Source of the DNA: Macrostomum lignano | Lineage: Eukaryota | Direction: 5' to 3' | Assembly: GCA_002269645.1 (NCBI GenBank) | Contig: NIVC01000213.1 | Coordinates: 44,158 to 108,157 of the forward strand | DNA: 64,000 nucleotides | In this document: one piece after another, positions 38,876 to 51,611 of the stretch | Numbering within the stretch: position 1 is the stretch's first letter | Layout of the letters: each line of letters starts with the position of its first letter | Translations under genes and position numbers: made by a program | Notes under the pieces: generated by a model | The model's database searches: none | The model's input: the letters and a program-made list of their open reading frames with translations, nothing else | What the model was told of the DNA's origin: nothing

Positions 38876-40331
38876 ATGCCAGAGCAAATGAACCAGGTGT
38901 CCGAGTTCTGTCGCACCTGTTGCAGCGCCGGCGCCGCCGACACCCCGGCTAATCAGCAGGCGAGTTGGCGCGGTGGCGGCAAGCCGAAGCGGCAGCGGGC
39001 GATTTCTGCGGCCCAGCGAGAGGCAGCCAATGTCAGGCGAGTGCCCAGCAGATATTAATAAACGATTGACTTTATAGCACGACTGATCTCAACTTTCCAT
39101 TTCCAATGTTTTAAGCTGCCTCTCCAATTCTAAAAACTCATAATTCCATGTTGCAACAGTTCCATAGGAACGCTGTCCCTCAACCATAACCATGCAGAAC
39201 TATAGCAATATAGTTCCATAGCAACGCTGTTCCATAGCAACGCTGTTCCATAGCAACGCTGTTCCATAGCAACGCTGTTCCATAGCAAAGCGTACCAACA
39301 CTGTTCCATAGCAACGCAGTATAATAGCAACACTGTTCCATAGCAACGCAGTATAATAGCAACACTGTTCCATAGCAACGCAGTATAATAGCAACACTGT
39401 TCCATAGCAACGCAGTATAATAGCAACACTGTTCCATAGCAACGCAGTATAATAGCAACACTGTTCCATAACAACGCAGTATAATAGCAACACTGTTCCA
39501 TAGCAACGCAGTATCATAGCAACGCCGTTCCATAGCAACGTTGTTCCATAGCAACGCAGCTACGAGCGTACATAACAACGCAGCATAATAGCAACGCTGT
39601 TCCATAACAACGCAGTTACATAGTAACGCTGTTCCATAGCAACGCAGCCAGCGACAATGCTCCTTAAAATTCCTTTCAGGGAGCGACGTCGCATGCGTTG
39701 CCTCAACCGGGCCTTTGACGCGCTGCGCAGCAAACTGCAGTCGAGCATCGGGCGCGGCCTAAAGAAGCTCCGACGACCAGCTTCTCGCGTTGAGACACTT
39801 CACCTAGCTGCTGGATACATCCGGTTTATGACGCATCTGTTGCAGTCTGGCGACCAAATGAAACCCGGTTTTATGCCCAGCACTGCTTCCGACACTTCCA
39901 GTTGTATTTCCGGCTCCGGGATCACTTCCGGTTCAGGTTCCGGCTTTATTTCTGATTCAGGTTCTGGATTCGTTACCGGTTCAGGTTCCGGCTTCACTTC
40001 CGGTTCAGGTACCGGATTCACTTCCGGTTCAGGTTCCGGATTCGTTTCCGGTTCAGGTTCCGGCTTCACTTCCGTTTCACGTTCCGGCTTTGTTACCGGT
40101 TCAGGTTTCAGCTTCACTTCCGGTTCAGGTTCCGGTTTCATTTCCTGTTGTACTTCGGATTCAGATGCGGAAGTTGCAGCCGGTATTAAGAATCTCGCGG
40201 CAGCCGAAACTTCGACTCGACTGTCATCGGTTGAGGGACTGGAAAGAAGCAAAAGACTGCCAATAATTGTCTGCTTTTGCTACCGCTGCCAATGCTGTTG
40301 CACAAAAACTGGCACAGAACGTTTGGGGTGA
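38876..40331 (+). CDS. Class II bHLH transcription factor, Fer3/Nato3(FERD3L)/PTF1-like, 2 exons
   Basis: Exon 38876-39036 plus exon 39680-40331 give [19 protein letters not shown]|[16 protein letters not shown]...[21 protein letters not shown], closely resembling FERD3L ([24 protein letters not shown]...[20 protein letters not shown]). The C-terminus has GSG(F/I)(T/V)S repeats. The start codon is uncertain. Confidence 0.85.
39175..39650. repeat. 16/32-nt minisatellite GCAACGCTGTTCCATA / GCAACACTGTTCCATAGCAACGCAGTATAATA in the bHLH intron
   Basis: Direct inspection. Confidence 0.93.
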
Positions 40332-40834
40332 CTCGAATAAGCAGGAACAGTAATATTGCATGATTTTCAAGTTTCAAAGACACGCAGGGAAACTCCCTTG
40401 CACGATTTGTCCATCCCCAAATCCCCATTTATTCCCCAGAATAATTTCTTGAAATGTCTCTTTTCGTCATTGCTGCTGAGATTACCCGTTAATGAAAGCT
40501 TCATGCCCTGAGTGCCGCACTTTTTCAATGCCACAGCAACAAGTAATTGCTAACAAGTAAATTTTGAATGCAGAATAATAATTCTAAATACAAGTCTGCA
40601 ATGGTATTTTTAGCGTTATTTTTGTTATTCCCGATATTTATTGGCAAATTATAAATAGTTTAAACTGAAATACGAGTTTAAACTCGTATAATACTCGTAT
40701 AATAAACTCGTTATACTCGTACATTACAAGTATGCTGATACGAGCCAATACTTCTGCATAAACAGAATCATACGTTATTGGTTGTCTCATTTGATGATAA
40801 GTGCTTAGACAGTTAAGATTAAAGACAGTTTGCG

Positions 40835-42065
40835 TTATAGACAGTTTGGATCGTGGAAATTTTAGACTATAGACAGTTTGGATCATGGACATTTTAGAGT
40901 ATAGACAGTTTATGTCGTGGACATTTTAGTTTATAGACAGTTTGGATCATGGACATTTTAGATTATAGACAGTTTGGATCATGGACGTTTTAGTTTATAG
41001 ACAGTTTGGATCATGGACGTTTTAGTTTATAGACAGTTTGGATCATGGACATTTTAGTTTATAGACAGTTTGGATCATGGACATTTTAGAGTATAGACAG
41101 TTTATGTCATGGACATTTTAGTTTATAGACAGTTTATGTCGTGGACATTTTAGATTATAGACAGTTTGGATCATGTACATTTTAGACTATAGACAGTTTG
41201 GATCATGGAGATTTTAGATTATAGACAGTTTGGATCATGGAGATTTTAGATTATAGACAGTTTGGATCATGGAGATTTTAGACTATAGACAGTTTGGATC
41301 ATGGAGATTTTAGATTATAGACAGTTTGGATCATGTACATTTTAGACTATAGACAGTTTGGATCATGGAGATTTTAGATTATAGACAGTTTGGATCATGG
41401 AGATTTTAGACTATAGACAGTTTGGATCATGGACATTTTAGATTATAGACAGTTTGGATCATGGAGATTTTAGATTATAGACAGTTTGGATCATGGAGAT
41501 TTTAGACTATAGACAGTTTGGATCATGGAGATTTTAGATTATAGACAGTTTGGATCATGTACATTTTAGACTATAGACAGTTTGGATCATGGAGATTTTA
41601 GATTATAGACAGTTTGGATCATGGAGATTTTAGACTATAGACAGTTTGGATCATGGACATTTTAGATTATAGACAGTTTGGATCATGTACATTTTAGATT
41701 ATAGACAGTTTGGATCATGGAGATTTTAGATTATAGACAGTTTGGATCATGGACATTTTAGATTATAGACAGTTTGGATCATGGACATTTTAGATTATAG
41801 ACAGTTTGGATCATGGAGATTTTAGACTATAGACAGTTTGGATCATGGAGATTTTAGACTATAGACAGTTTGGATCATGGAGATTTTAGACTATAGACAG
41901 TTTGGATCATGGACATTTTAGACTATAGACAGTTTGGATCATGGAGATTTTAGATTATAGACAGTTTGGATCATGGAGATTTTAGACTATAGACAGTTTG
42001 GATCATGGAGATTTTAGACTATAGACAGTTTGGATCATGGACATTTTAGATTATAGACAGTTTAG
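40835..42065. repeat. 32-nt minisatellite TAGACAGTTTGGATCATGGAGATTTTAGATTA (degenerate tail to about 42360)
   Basis: Direct inspection. Confidence 0.96.
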
Positions 42066-42549
42066 GTCATGGAGAGTTTAGAGTCATCGACATTTTGGGT
42101 CATAAAAGTTTTTGGTCATGCAGTTTGGTTCGTTGACAGTTTGGGTCATGGACAATTTAGGTCCTGGACGCTTTAGATCATGGACACTTTAAGTCATGGA
42201 TATATTTTGGATCATTGGCAGTTTGGATCATTAGACAGTTCAGGTAATGGGCATTTTAGGTCTTAGACAGTTTAAGTCATAGATAATTTTGCTCATAGAC
42301 GGTTTGAGTCATGGGCAGTTTGTGTCATAAACTTTTTTTGGGTCATTGTTAGATTCTTAGACAGATCATTGTGAGTATACTCGTAGTTTTAGGTTAAAGG
42401 TAGTTTAGCTCGTGGTCAGTAAATTTTAGGACTTATAAACTTTAGTTCATAGTCTGCTTGTTTAAGTCATAAGAGTAGACTGTCTCGTAAACAAGTTCAA
42501 TAATCATATTTTTGAAATGACACACTGTACTTTTATTAGTACCAGTGTT

Positions 42550-42657
<108 letters not shown>

Positions 42658-43264
42658 CAAGGACCGCTGTTAGTCAAAGTCTACATGTATTGGAAACTTC
42701 ACAAGAAATTTCACAAAAACTTCAGGTGAGTGCAGCACAGTTTGCGAGCGCATAAATGGTTGTTAGGTCGCTTCCGAACTTTCGAAATACAGAATGTTCA
42801 TTTCCAGTCTAGCTGGTCACTTTCGCTGGCACAAAAATACGCTATTCTTTATGAACTTTTTTGTTTGAGCCGTCTTGACCTTACAAAACGCCCAGGGTAC
42901 TTTTAGGCTTCAGTCCACACATTATTATTAAGTGGTCCCTGGCCAGTGGAGGTGGCCCAGTTTCTGGCCGGCAGAGACCAAACAGCCCAGCCACCCCCTA
43001 CAAAAGCCGCCACCCCGCGATCATCCACGCGTCCCAGACTGTGGGAACGCGCGCCACCCTCCTGACAGGCGATGCGGGAGCGATGAAGAGGCACTGGGCT
43101 GACACTTCCAGTCTCTGCCGGCGCATGGAGTTCTAGATAATAGCATTTGGATTGGAAAGCGAAAGGTTGTCTCTTTACAAAAGTTTACTTATTAGTGATT
43201 TCACAACTTTATAGTTCTTCATTAAGTAAAAAGAGAGTTCACTTCATTTGTGACAGTTCTACGA

Positions 43265-43715
43265 GCGTAGATTGTGAATGCTCTAGATTGTGAATGCTCT
43301 AGATTGTGAATGCTCTAGATTGTGAATGCTCTAGATTGTGAATGCTCTAGATTGTGAATGCTCTAGATTGTGAATGCTCTAGATTGTGAATGCTCTAGAT
43401 TGTGAATGCTCTAGATTGTGAATGCTCTAGATTGTGAATGCTCTAGATTGTGAATGCTCTAGATTGTGAATGCTCTAGATTGTGAATGCTCTAGATTGTG
43501 AATGCTCTAGATTGTGAATGCTCTAGATTGTGAATGCTCAAGATTGTGAATGCTCTAGATTTTGAAGGCTCTAGATTGTGAATGCTCTAGATTTTGAAGG
43601 CTCTAGATTGTGAATGCTCTAGATTGTGAATGCTCTAGATTTTGAAGGCTCTAGATTGTGAATGCTCTAGATTTTGAAGGCTCTAGATTGTGAAGGCTCT
43701 AGATTGTGAAGGTTC
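43265..43715. repeat. 16-nt minisatellite GCTCTAGATTGTGAAT
   Basis: Direct inspection. Confidence 0.96.
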
Positions 43716-43901
43716 TGGACCCACCACCCGACTGCCGCACCCCAAGGAGAGCATTCACCCATAATTGACACCCATGGTAAACGAGGTGTTGATAAAAAAG
43801 AACTTGTTTCTATTTGCACACTGAGCTAAGCTGCCTTCCAGAATTTTCAAACGCAAACTCCGGTCTGCTAGAATTCTATAGAAATCCTTGGCCTGTGTTT
43901 A

Positions 43902-45078
43902 CGACACCAGTAGCTCCTCTCTCTCCGGGATCAGGGGCGCCCGCATCTGTTGCGGTGCTAATTTGAAACGGAAGAGACTCGACAGGTAAATAACTAGTCC
44001 CTGTTGATGCTGGCAGAACAGCTTGAGGGAATAAATAATATCCGTGAGAACTAGACTGCAATAGAGGGAAATCATCAATGCTTATCGCAAAGGCCAAAGA
44101 CTACTCAAGTAGGACGGTAAAGTACGTTTCTGGGAAATTTTTAGGAGGCCGGTTTTATTGCACAAAATACATTGAGGAAGTTGGAGGTTTTCATTTTTTT
44201 CAACACAAAAATTTTTATTGCTATTGATAGGAGGCAGGCCTAGTGTTTATCTTTTGATATGACTTGCCTTTCTTAATGGCACAGCTCGACTCATTCTCTA
44301 CTCACATTTCACAACACGAAATAAGAAAATATAGGCGGAAGCAGTCACGGGCGATCCAGAAGTCTCGGATTGGGGCGGGCGTCAGGGAAGGTTGCAAAAG
44401 AGGGGGACGGGAGGGCAGTTAGCGGGTGCTTATTGGGGAGATCCTGAGGATCTAGTAGTATTTAGGGGAAATTAGCCGGTCCTAGGGGGGATCGCCAGTC
44501 TGGGTATTGAGTTTCCCGAGGAAGGTTCGGTCTCACTGGAAAAAAAGAAGAACCAAAGGACGGAAACAGTACATCGAGAACAGGTCCCGAACCAGGGGAG
44601 CTCGAGGAGAAAAAGTTGAAGAAGAGCAACAATGAACCGCTGACGCTCAGGGCTCAAAACGGGCTCCTATTTATAGCCCTGAGATCACGCGTCACGCGTG
44701 GTGCGTGATATTGAAGGCTGGGACCTGTCATTGACCTCCGTTATCAAGCAACCCTATAATGACGTCACATGCCAGCCGCACTGTGATTGGACGAGAAATT
44801 GGGGTGCGTCACAGCGGAGAAAATGATTTATGATGGGGGATTACGTAACAGGCGGGAAAAAGCTTGGGGAGATAGGGGGTCATAAAACTATCACCGCGCA
44901 TGAATGATTTCGAACAATAGAAAGGAGGTGGGCTTGGTGCCCGGGGGGAGTGGGATGGATGATAAGCATGAGTCATTGTGATGACTCATCCCAATAAGTC
45001 ATCACTGGGACGCAGGGATCACAGGGGAGTAAGGGAGGGTGCGCAAAAATTAGTGGGGAGACTCAGGACGTGCCTACA
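43902..45078 (-). mobile_element. Probable LTR (5' LTR or solo LTR) with PBS-like sequence
   Basis: On the minus strand it starts TGTAGG (45078) and ends GCTAC (43910), directly followed by TGGTGTCG. Internal order is CCAAT, TGACGTCA, CTATAAATAG TATA box (about 44670), then AATAAA (about 44216). No second LTR or pol gene in the window. Confidence 0.45.
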
Positions 45079-45828
45079 TCAAGTACTCCTATTAACATCA
45101 ATAATTGAAACCAATATTTTACCACAAGGCTACTCTTAACAATTCGAACTTGTGGTCACACCACATGCACATCAAAGCCATCAAAAAGAATTCTCAAAGA
45201 AGCGGAGTACGTGGCCAATTGTTTAGCTCATAAAGCAAATTATTCATGTTTATTGCGTCAAACTCAGCTGTGCTCGATGACCGGCTAAAATGTATTTTCT
45301 AGCCATTCAAACTGGCTAGCCACTTCTGAGTTGTGCTCAAAATGTTCAGCACAGGAGACTGGAGACTTCGGACAGGCAGCCTGGTTGGAACATCAGTGTG
45401 GAGACTGTCTGACACCTCCGGCTGATTGAATGCGTCAGCAAAGGAATGGAGTAAGTCGGCTACTTAGCACAATATAAAATAGGTTAGGGAGGGCTAGGTG
45501 CATCGCGATAGGCATGGCGGAGAGCGGATATGACAGAGTAGGTCATTATTTTACACCTGAATGGCCGACTGAAGATTGCTAGCAAAATACTGGGGGGGGG
45601 GGTAAAGCAGGGGATCTAGGGTAACCAGGTTATCTACTATACTAATATTTTAATAGGTGAATAATTATTGTCATACTTCTACTGGTTAACGGTTTAATTA
45701 AGCAAATTCGTTTGTATCCTAATCATTACTAAAATATAGCGAGGATTAATCGAAAATATGAAAAGATAGAAGAGTATATATGTATACATATGGCTAGATA
45801 AAATATGCATTTTTAAGCTAACAGAGGC

Positions 45829-46089
45829 CGCTGGGAAAAATTGTAGTGATAACAGGCTGATGACGACAAGTTGACAAGTCACCCTGTCGTCGCCATTGGC
45901 AGTCGACTAATCAGAGGCCGATAGAAAGCAGGCAGCGAAGCGGATTTGGAAGCGCGCATTTGCACGATACTACTGAGTTGAACAAATCAAACTTATTTTA
46001 GTAAATCAATAGTAAATCGACAAGGCTGTCGTCTCTAGCCTGTAGTTGCTTGTCGTCAGAGTGTCGTCGCTGCAAATTTTTTCCCAGCG
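45829..46089. mobile_element. Degenerate MITE-like element
   Basis: Imperfect terminal inverted repeats CGCTGGGAAAAATTG..TGACGACAAG and CTTGTCGTCA..CAAATTTTTTCCCAGCG. No clear TSD. Confidence 0.4.
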
Positions 46090-47216
46090 TTTAAGCTTCA
46101 ATAATATCACAACTTGAGACTTTAAAAACTGTCGTCAATTTTAACAAAAAAATTCCCACTGGCTGCAAAATTGAAAAGAAAAAAGGCAGCACAGCTATTA
46201 TATGGAAAATTTACGAATTATGCTTTCAACTAAGCAAACAAGATCGGAAAACAACAGAAGCAGACTAAAGCGCAGAGAGGACTCGATTGTGTGCGAAAGG
46301 TGACCCCAGAGCAGGGAACACTGGAGGCCAGGGAAGTAAAAAAATTACGCAATCTTGGTTTCGATTTAAAGCTAAAAATAAATTTTTCATAACTGACACA
46401 AGTGTCATCTGAGAATAAGCACAAGCTCAGGATTTCTGCGGCTGAAAAGTTATAGAAATAATTTTTTGTTCGTTAATTTGCGACTTTTTTTAAAAATAAG
46501 TCCAGCTCTTTTTGTACTTCCCCGCGGCAGAAATACTGAAATTCTGATAGTTTTCCCATGAAACTCGTGCCAGTTGTGAGGAACTATTTTATTCAACTTC
46601 TTGATAATTCCGAATTTCCGCCTGGGTCACCAAGTTTTGGTGATTGTCACATCCTTGTCTTCAGTGCTCCCTGCACGGGGAGAGCTCGTATATAAAAAGA
46701 CAATTGTCTAAAAAGGAACGCTTTTTTTGCTTGTAAAAGTGAGCCACGGTGTAGAAGGTTAGTAATCATATATCAGTAGTAGAAAAACACAGTTAAGAAA
46801 GCAAATAACGACTCATTTGTTGAGTGCAAGAAAAAAGTTTTCTTACTGTTAACTTGCATGGGATATTTGCACGTGCATATGCAATAATGCTACTAAAAGT
46901 ACTATTATGCCTTTGAATGCGCCAAAGAGTCCAGCATAGCGTGTTTGGCGCAGCCGAACTGCCTACGGGGGAGATTAGACAGGAGAATGGAAAAGGGATG
47001 TGCCAGATAGCGAACTAGGGATTAAAGGGGGTTTCAATGGCTTAGGCTGGGATTCTGGGAAACGCAGCGGGGGGAGAGAGGGGGGGGGAGAAAATTTTGA
47101 GTACAGTTGGGCGAGCCGGAGACGGTGGAGAGAGAGAGAGAGAGAGAGCAAACAGTCTTGAAAGCTGCACCATTGTGGAGTGAAAAGTCAACTGCATGGG
47201 GCTAAGCCCCCCCCCC

Positions 47217-50200
47217 CTAGCACAGGTCGCCTTCATCGCTGTCCTCGTCTGGCTCGTCCGGCCCGGACGTTGGCGGAGATTCGTCGGAGTCGCGGGCGAC
47301 CTCCTCGGGCGCCTGTTTCGCTGCCTCTCCCGTTGCATTGTCGTCCTCCTCGGCCACCGCTGATTGCTCGGCATCGACAGGTACCGCCTCTGGCTCATCT
47401 GGCACCGCCTCAGAGACCAAACCAGCCGCTTCATCTGTGGCCGCCTGGCCTGGTTCATCTTGCTCTTCCTGCGGCGGCTGCGGCTGCTGCTCGATCTGGG
47501 GTGATTGCACTTTTGCTGGAGCCTCGGCAGGCGCTTGCGACTTTTTAGCCTCCGCTCCGCTGCCGCCGCTGCCCAGACCAATGTCCAGTCCGAGTAGGTC
47601 GTTCAGGTTGAAGGACTGCGGCTGCTGCGGTTGCTGCTGCACGCTGGGCGCCGGCGCCGGCGCCTCCTCCGCCATGGCCGCCAGAGGGTCGAAAATGCCC
47701 CCATCGGAGGCCTCAGCCGCCTGGTCGACTGCCGAACCAGCGGACGGCTTGGGACCGCCGGACAGATCGACGAATGCTGACAGCAGCGACGCCCCAGCTG
47801 GTGGAGCCGCCTCGCCGGTTTCCGCGGCTGCTGCTGCCGCTGCATCATCCTCCTCATCATGAGACGCCGCTGCTGCTTCCGCCCTGTCTTGTCCTCCAGC
47901 CTCCGCCTCCGCCTCGTCGTCCGAGTCTTTCATCGGTGGCACATCGTCCAGGATGCTCTTCAGTGCGGCGTCCTTTCTCTCGCCCAGAACGTACTGGATG
48001 CCCCAGTTGTAGCTGTACTTGGCAATGTATTTCACAAACTTGCCGGGCGTCTCTGTGTGCTCGACTCCGATGCTCCGAATGGTGCAACCGGACACCGTGC
48101 TGCCCGGCATAGTGAACTCCACGTGTAGCGAGTCGTTCAGAGTCTCCCAGGCGGGCACCGTGTCGTGCGGGCCGAGTTGCAGTTTACAGGTGAACAGGTG
48201 ACTCTTGTAGGCGCCTGTGCGTTGTTGGGTTGAAGAGATTGCGGGTCGGATTGCTACATGCTCAACTGTATGGATTCTTTGTGGATTTGCAAAACAGCCT
48301 ATCGAATGGGAAATAATAGGCCAAGCCGACAGCTTTAAGTTAAAGCGAAGCCAGTCAGGAAATTAATATTTTCTTTTGACCTACGACACTGTTCGCCCAT
48401 CAAAAGCATAGGAACGTAGAGATAATCCCCGGCAATTACAATACCGTAGGGCGAGTACGTGTATTTGAATTGCTATAAGAGCACAATATGCTCTGGACAT
48501 AAGTGCGGCAATGCGTGTATCGCTTGGACTAATGTACTGTTCATTCCATATGTCCGGTTTGGTTGGTTTCTTGAAGTAATTACGTGCTCTGAAGATGTCA
48601 ATTTGACATGTTGGCTATAATAATAATCTACGCTAATAATCCCCCCCCCCTCAATTACCGTGATGCTTCTCGGGAAGACGGCCGATGCGCCAGACGATGG
48701 CTCGGTAGAGGTGCTCGTACTTGGCCACGCCGGTGTCGGCCTCCATGATCGAGGGCGGGAAGAAGCCCTGCGCCATCTGGGTGAAGCGCTCAATGCCCTT
48801 GATTCGGCCTGGCCGGCGCAGCGTGGAGTGCACGGAGTTGTACTTGAATTTGCCCTCCTGTCGGAAGAAATACACCCAGTCCTCCGGCAGCGGGATGCGG
48901 ATCTCGATGTCTTCGGCAGGCACCTCGTGGCACCGGGTGTGACTGCTGAAGAAGCCCGGCACTACGACATCGCAGCGGATGTCTACGCGGTCCTTGTTTA
49001 TGTTGAAGACGCATTTCAACTGCACTGGCAGCTCCTGGTTGGCCTTGAGCGGCACGCGGAACCGCATCAGCTCAAAGCGGCACGCGTCCAACGGGTAGAA
49101 GCAGATCATGTGCGACTGCTCGTAGCGCTGCATGTCCACCACGGCGTGGAACTCCGGCTCGTACATCTCGATCCAGTCGTCGTGCATGATTGGGATGATG
49201 TCCTGCCGTTTCACCACCTCGTTGCCGTAGCGCCATTTGTCGTTGAGACCCAGCTCGACGAATGGCATGCCAGCAACGAAGGCCATGAAGAAGACTCTAG
49301 TGCGCGACTTCTGGTGCAGCGTATGGCCCTCCTTATCCACCAGGGCCTCGAACTCGTCCTGCACGTAGCCGCAGCACTCCTCCTTGCTGTAGTCTGTGGG
49401 CGCCTTGTTCCTGTCGCGGCCTACCGAAATTTTCATCATCTCGTCCTCGATGGCCCACATCAGCGACCGGATGGTGTACTGGTCCATGCTGCCAAACTTG
49501 ACGATCTCGGTTCGAACCGGCATGTGGTCGAACACGTCTGCAGTCTTGGGCTTGCTGATCATGGTCTGGATGGTCTTCAGCGACCACTTCTCGGTGCGCA
49601 CGCCGACGATCTCCTTGTAGGTGAGCATGTTCACCTGAGAATGGCGTGTGGCAAATTCGAGGTATTTAACAGCTGAGCAACTCTCATTGAGCCTTGCCGT
49701 CTAAGCAAAGATTGCAAGGGAGTCTCACAGCCAGCAGTGAAACTGTGAGGCTTTGAGGCTGTGGCTGTACATGTGTACAGTGTGCATCATACTTTTACTT
49801 ACCTTGAAAATGTGCAGCTTGCCGTATTTGTCGTACTGCTGCAGCTTGTCCCGGCTCAGCTGATGGTGTGGCTCGAGCCGGACCGTCCTGTAGGGCGTGC
49901 TCGGGTCCTCCTGGTTGAACAACCTCAGGGTTGGCCTGTCCTGCTCCCATGCAATGCGCACGTGAATCTCCTTCCACCATCGGTCGGAGGTGAACTTGCT
50001 GATCTGCTTGCTCATCTTCTTCTTCTTCTCTGGCATTCGCACCATTACCCGCCAGCCGTCCTCCTCGTAGCGCGGGTGGAACGGCTCGAATGGCGCCATG
50101 GGCGGCGTCGGGCTGCGCAGCCGCTTGCGGGCCTCCATCGCTACATCTGTCACCGCCATCGGCGTTGGCGCGTTCGGCCGCTCCCAATTTACCTCGAAGG

Positions 50201-51611
50201 CGAGGTCGTCGCCGAAGCCTTCGCCGTCAGCGGCCTGAGCGCCTTCTCCAGCGTCGCCCCAGACATTGCCCTCGTCGCCGGCCGTTTCCCCCGTGCCCAC
50301 TTCCCGGCCTTTGAGCTGCGGCGACTTGGCCTGCGACTCGTCGATGTCGAATGGATTGAAGCGACCTTGCAGTTCGATTTTTGGCGGAGCGGACAGCACC
50401 GGCACCGGGGCGGACTCCAGCGGCTTTTCCAGCACCGTGGTCTTCGTCCGGATGCGCACCTTTAGCCGGTCCTCCTCTTCTTCGTCGCTACTGTCGCTGT
50501 CATCTTGCGGATAAATTGTGCCCAGCGGGTTGAACGACTTCGGCTTCGCTTCTGCAGCCTCGGCCGGCGCTGCCGCGTCCTCCTCGGGTGCCTCGCCCTC
50601 CGCCTCGTTCCGCTCGGCACCGTCCTCGTTGGAGCCGCGGCTATCATCCTTGCGGAACGGGTTGTTGCCGGACAGCGTGTCCTGCTGGGCCACCGCGGCG
50701 ACGGCCTTCGGCCTCGGGCGCTCCCGGGCCACGGTTGAGCCGCCGGCCAGACTCTCCTCCATCAGGGCCTCCCTGGCCGCGGCTTCCTTCATCTCCTCAG
50801 TCACCGTGAATTCGTCATTGTCGAACAAGCCAGCTCCGCCGTCGCCATCGTCTGCTGGAGCGGCGGCGGCAGCCCCGAAAGCCGCGCCGAAAGCGTCAGT
50901 GGAGGCCTGCTGCGGCGCAGCCTCCGACTCGTCTGCCTTTGGCTGCTCATCAGCTGATTGCTTGTCTTCCCTGAGAAAGTCGTCCACAATGCTCTCCGGG
51001 CCTTTGTACTCGGCCTCGCTCGCGGCCGTCGCTGCCGTCGCCACTTCGGCGAGGTCGTCCCCGGCGGTCGTCGTGCTGATGGCCTCCCGGCTGTTGGAGG
51101 GCAGCAGCTGTCCCGTGCGCGGCTCGCCGAGGTCGGCCTCATCAAAGTCGTCGGCGTCGAAATTTCGCCAAACCTTCCGCTTCTCCTCCTCGGATTTCTT
51201 CACCTCGGATGGCAGCGGCGGCAGCTTGAAGCGGGCCGCCTCGGCCTCCTCGTCCTGCTGCTTTCGCTGCGCGTAGGCGGAGCTCATCTTCTGCGTTGTG
51301 GCCTGCGTAGCGCTGGAGATACGCACTCGGAACTGCTCGAACTCCTTCCACTCGTCGCTCTCCGTCTTCTCGAAGTGATCGAACGGGTTCACGGTGTTCA
51401 TGATCCGGTCCATCTCCTCTTGCTCGCGCTTCTCCCTTCGCACCCGCTTGCTCTCGCCTTTCAGCACCTGTTTGATCGCCTTCTTCGGGTTGGGCAGCTT
51501 CGGAAACTTGCTGAAGTGTGACTTGAACGGGAACTGCACGTTCTGGCTGGGCAGCTCCGCTTCTTCTGCAATGAAGGAATTGAGCAGCGCTCCCGTTTTT
51601 CTACTTTTCAT
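47217..51611 (-). CDS. stnB: Stonin / Stoned-B endocytic adaptor (SHD + mu-homology domain), about 1260 aa
   Basis: Exons 51611-49803 (donor AAG|GTAAGT), 49634-48659 (CTCAG|, G|GTAATT) and 48214-47217 (CACAG|) join in frame. SHD: GWRVMVRMPEKKK..RWWKEIHVR..QQYDKYGKLHIFK. MHD: RVFFMAFVAGMPFVELGLND, FELMRFRV, GVAKYEHLYRAIVWRIGRLP, HVEFTMPGSTVSGCTIRSI. The N-terminal IDR has 3 NPF and 2 WxxF motifs. Confidence 0.95.

Noticed and set aside
42860-43140. Possible RTE-like LINE fragment (YKSRHPAIIHASQTV)
   Set aside because: The resemblance to the RT C-terminus is too weak and fragmentary to call without a search.
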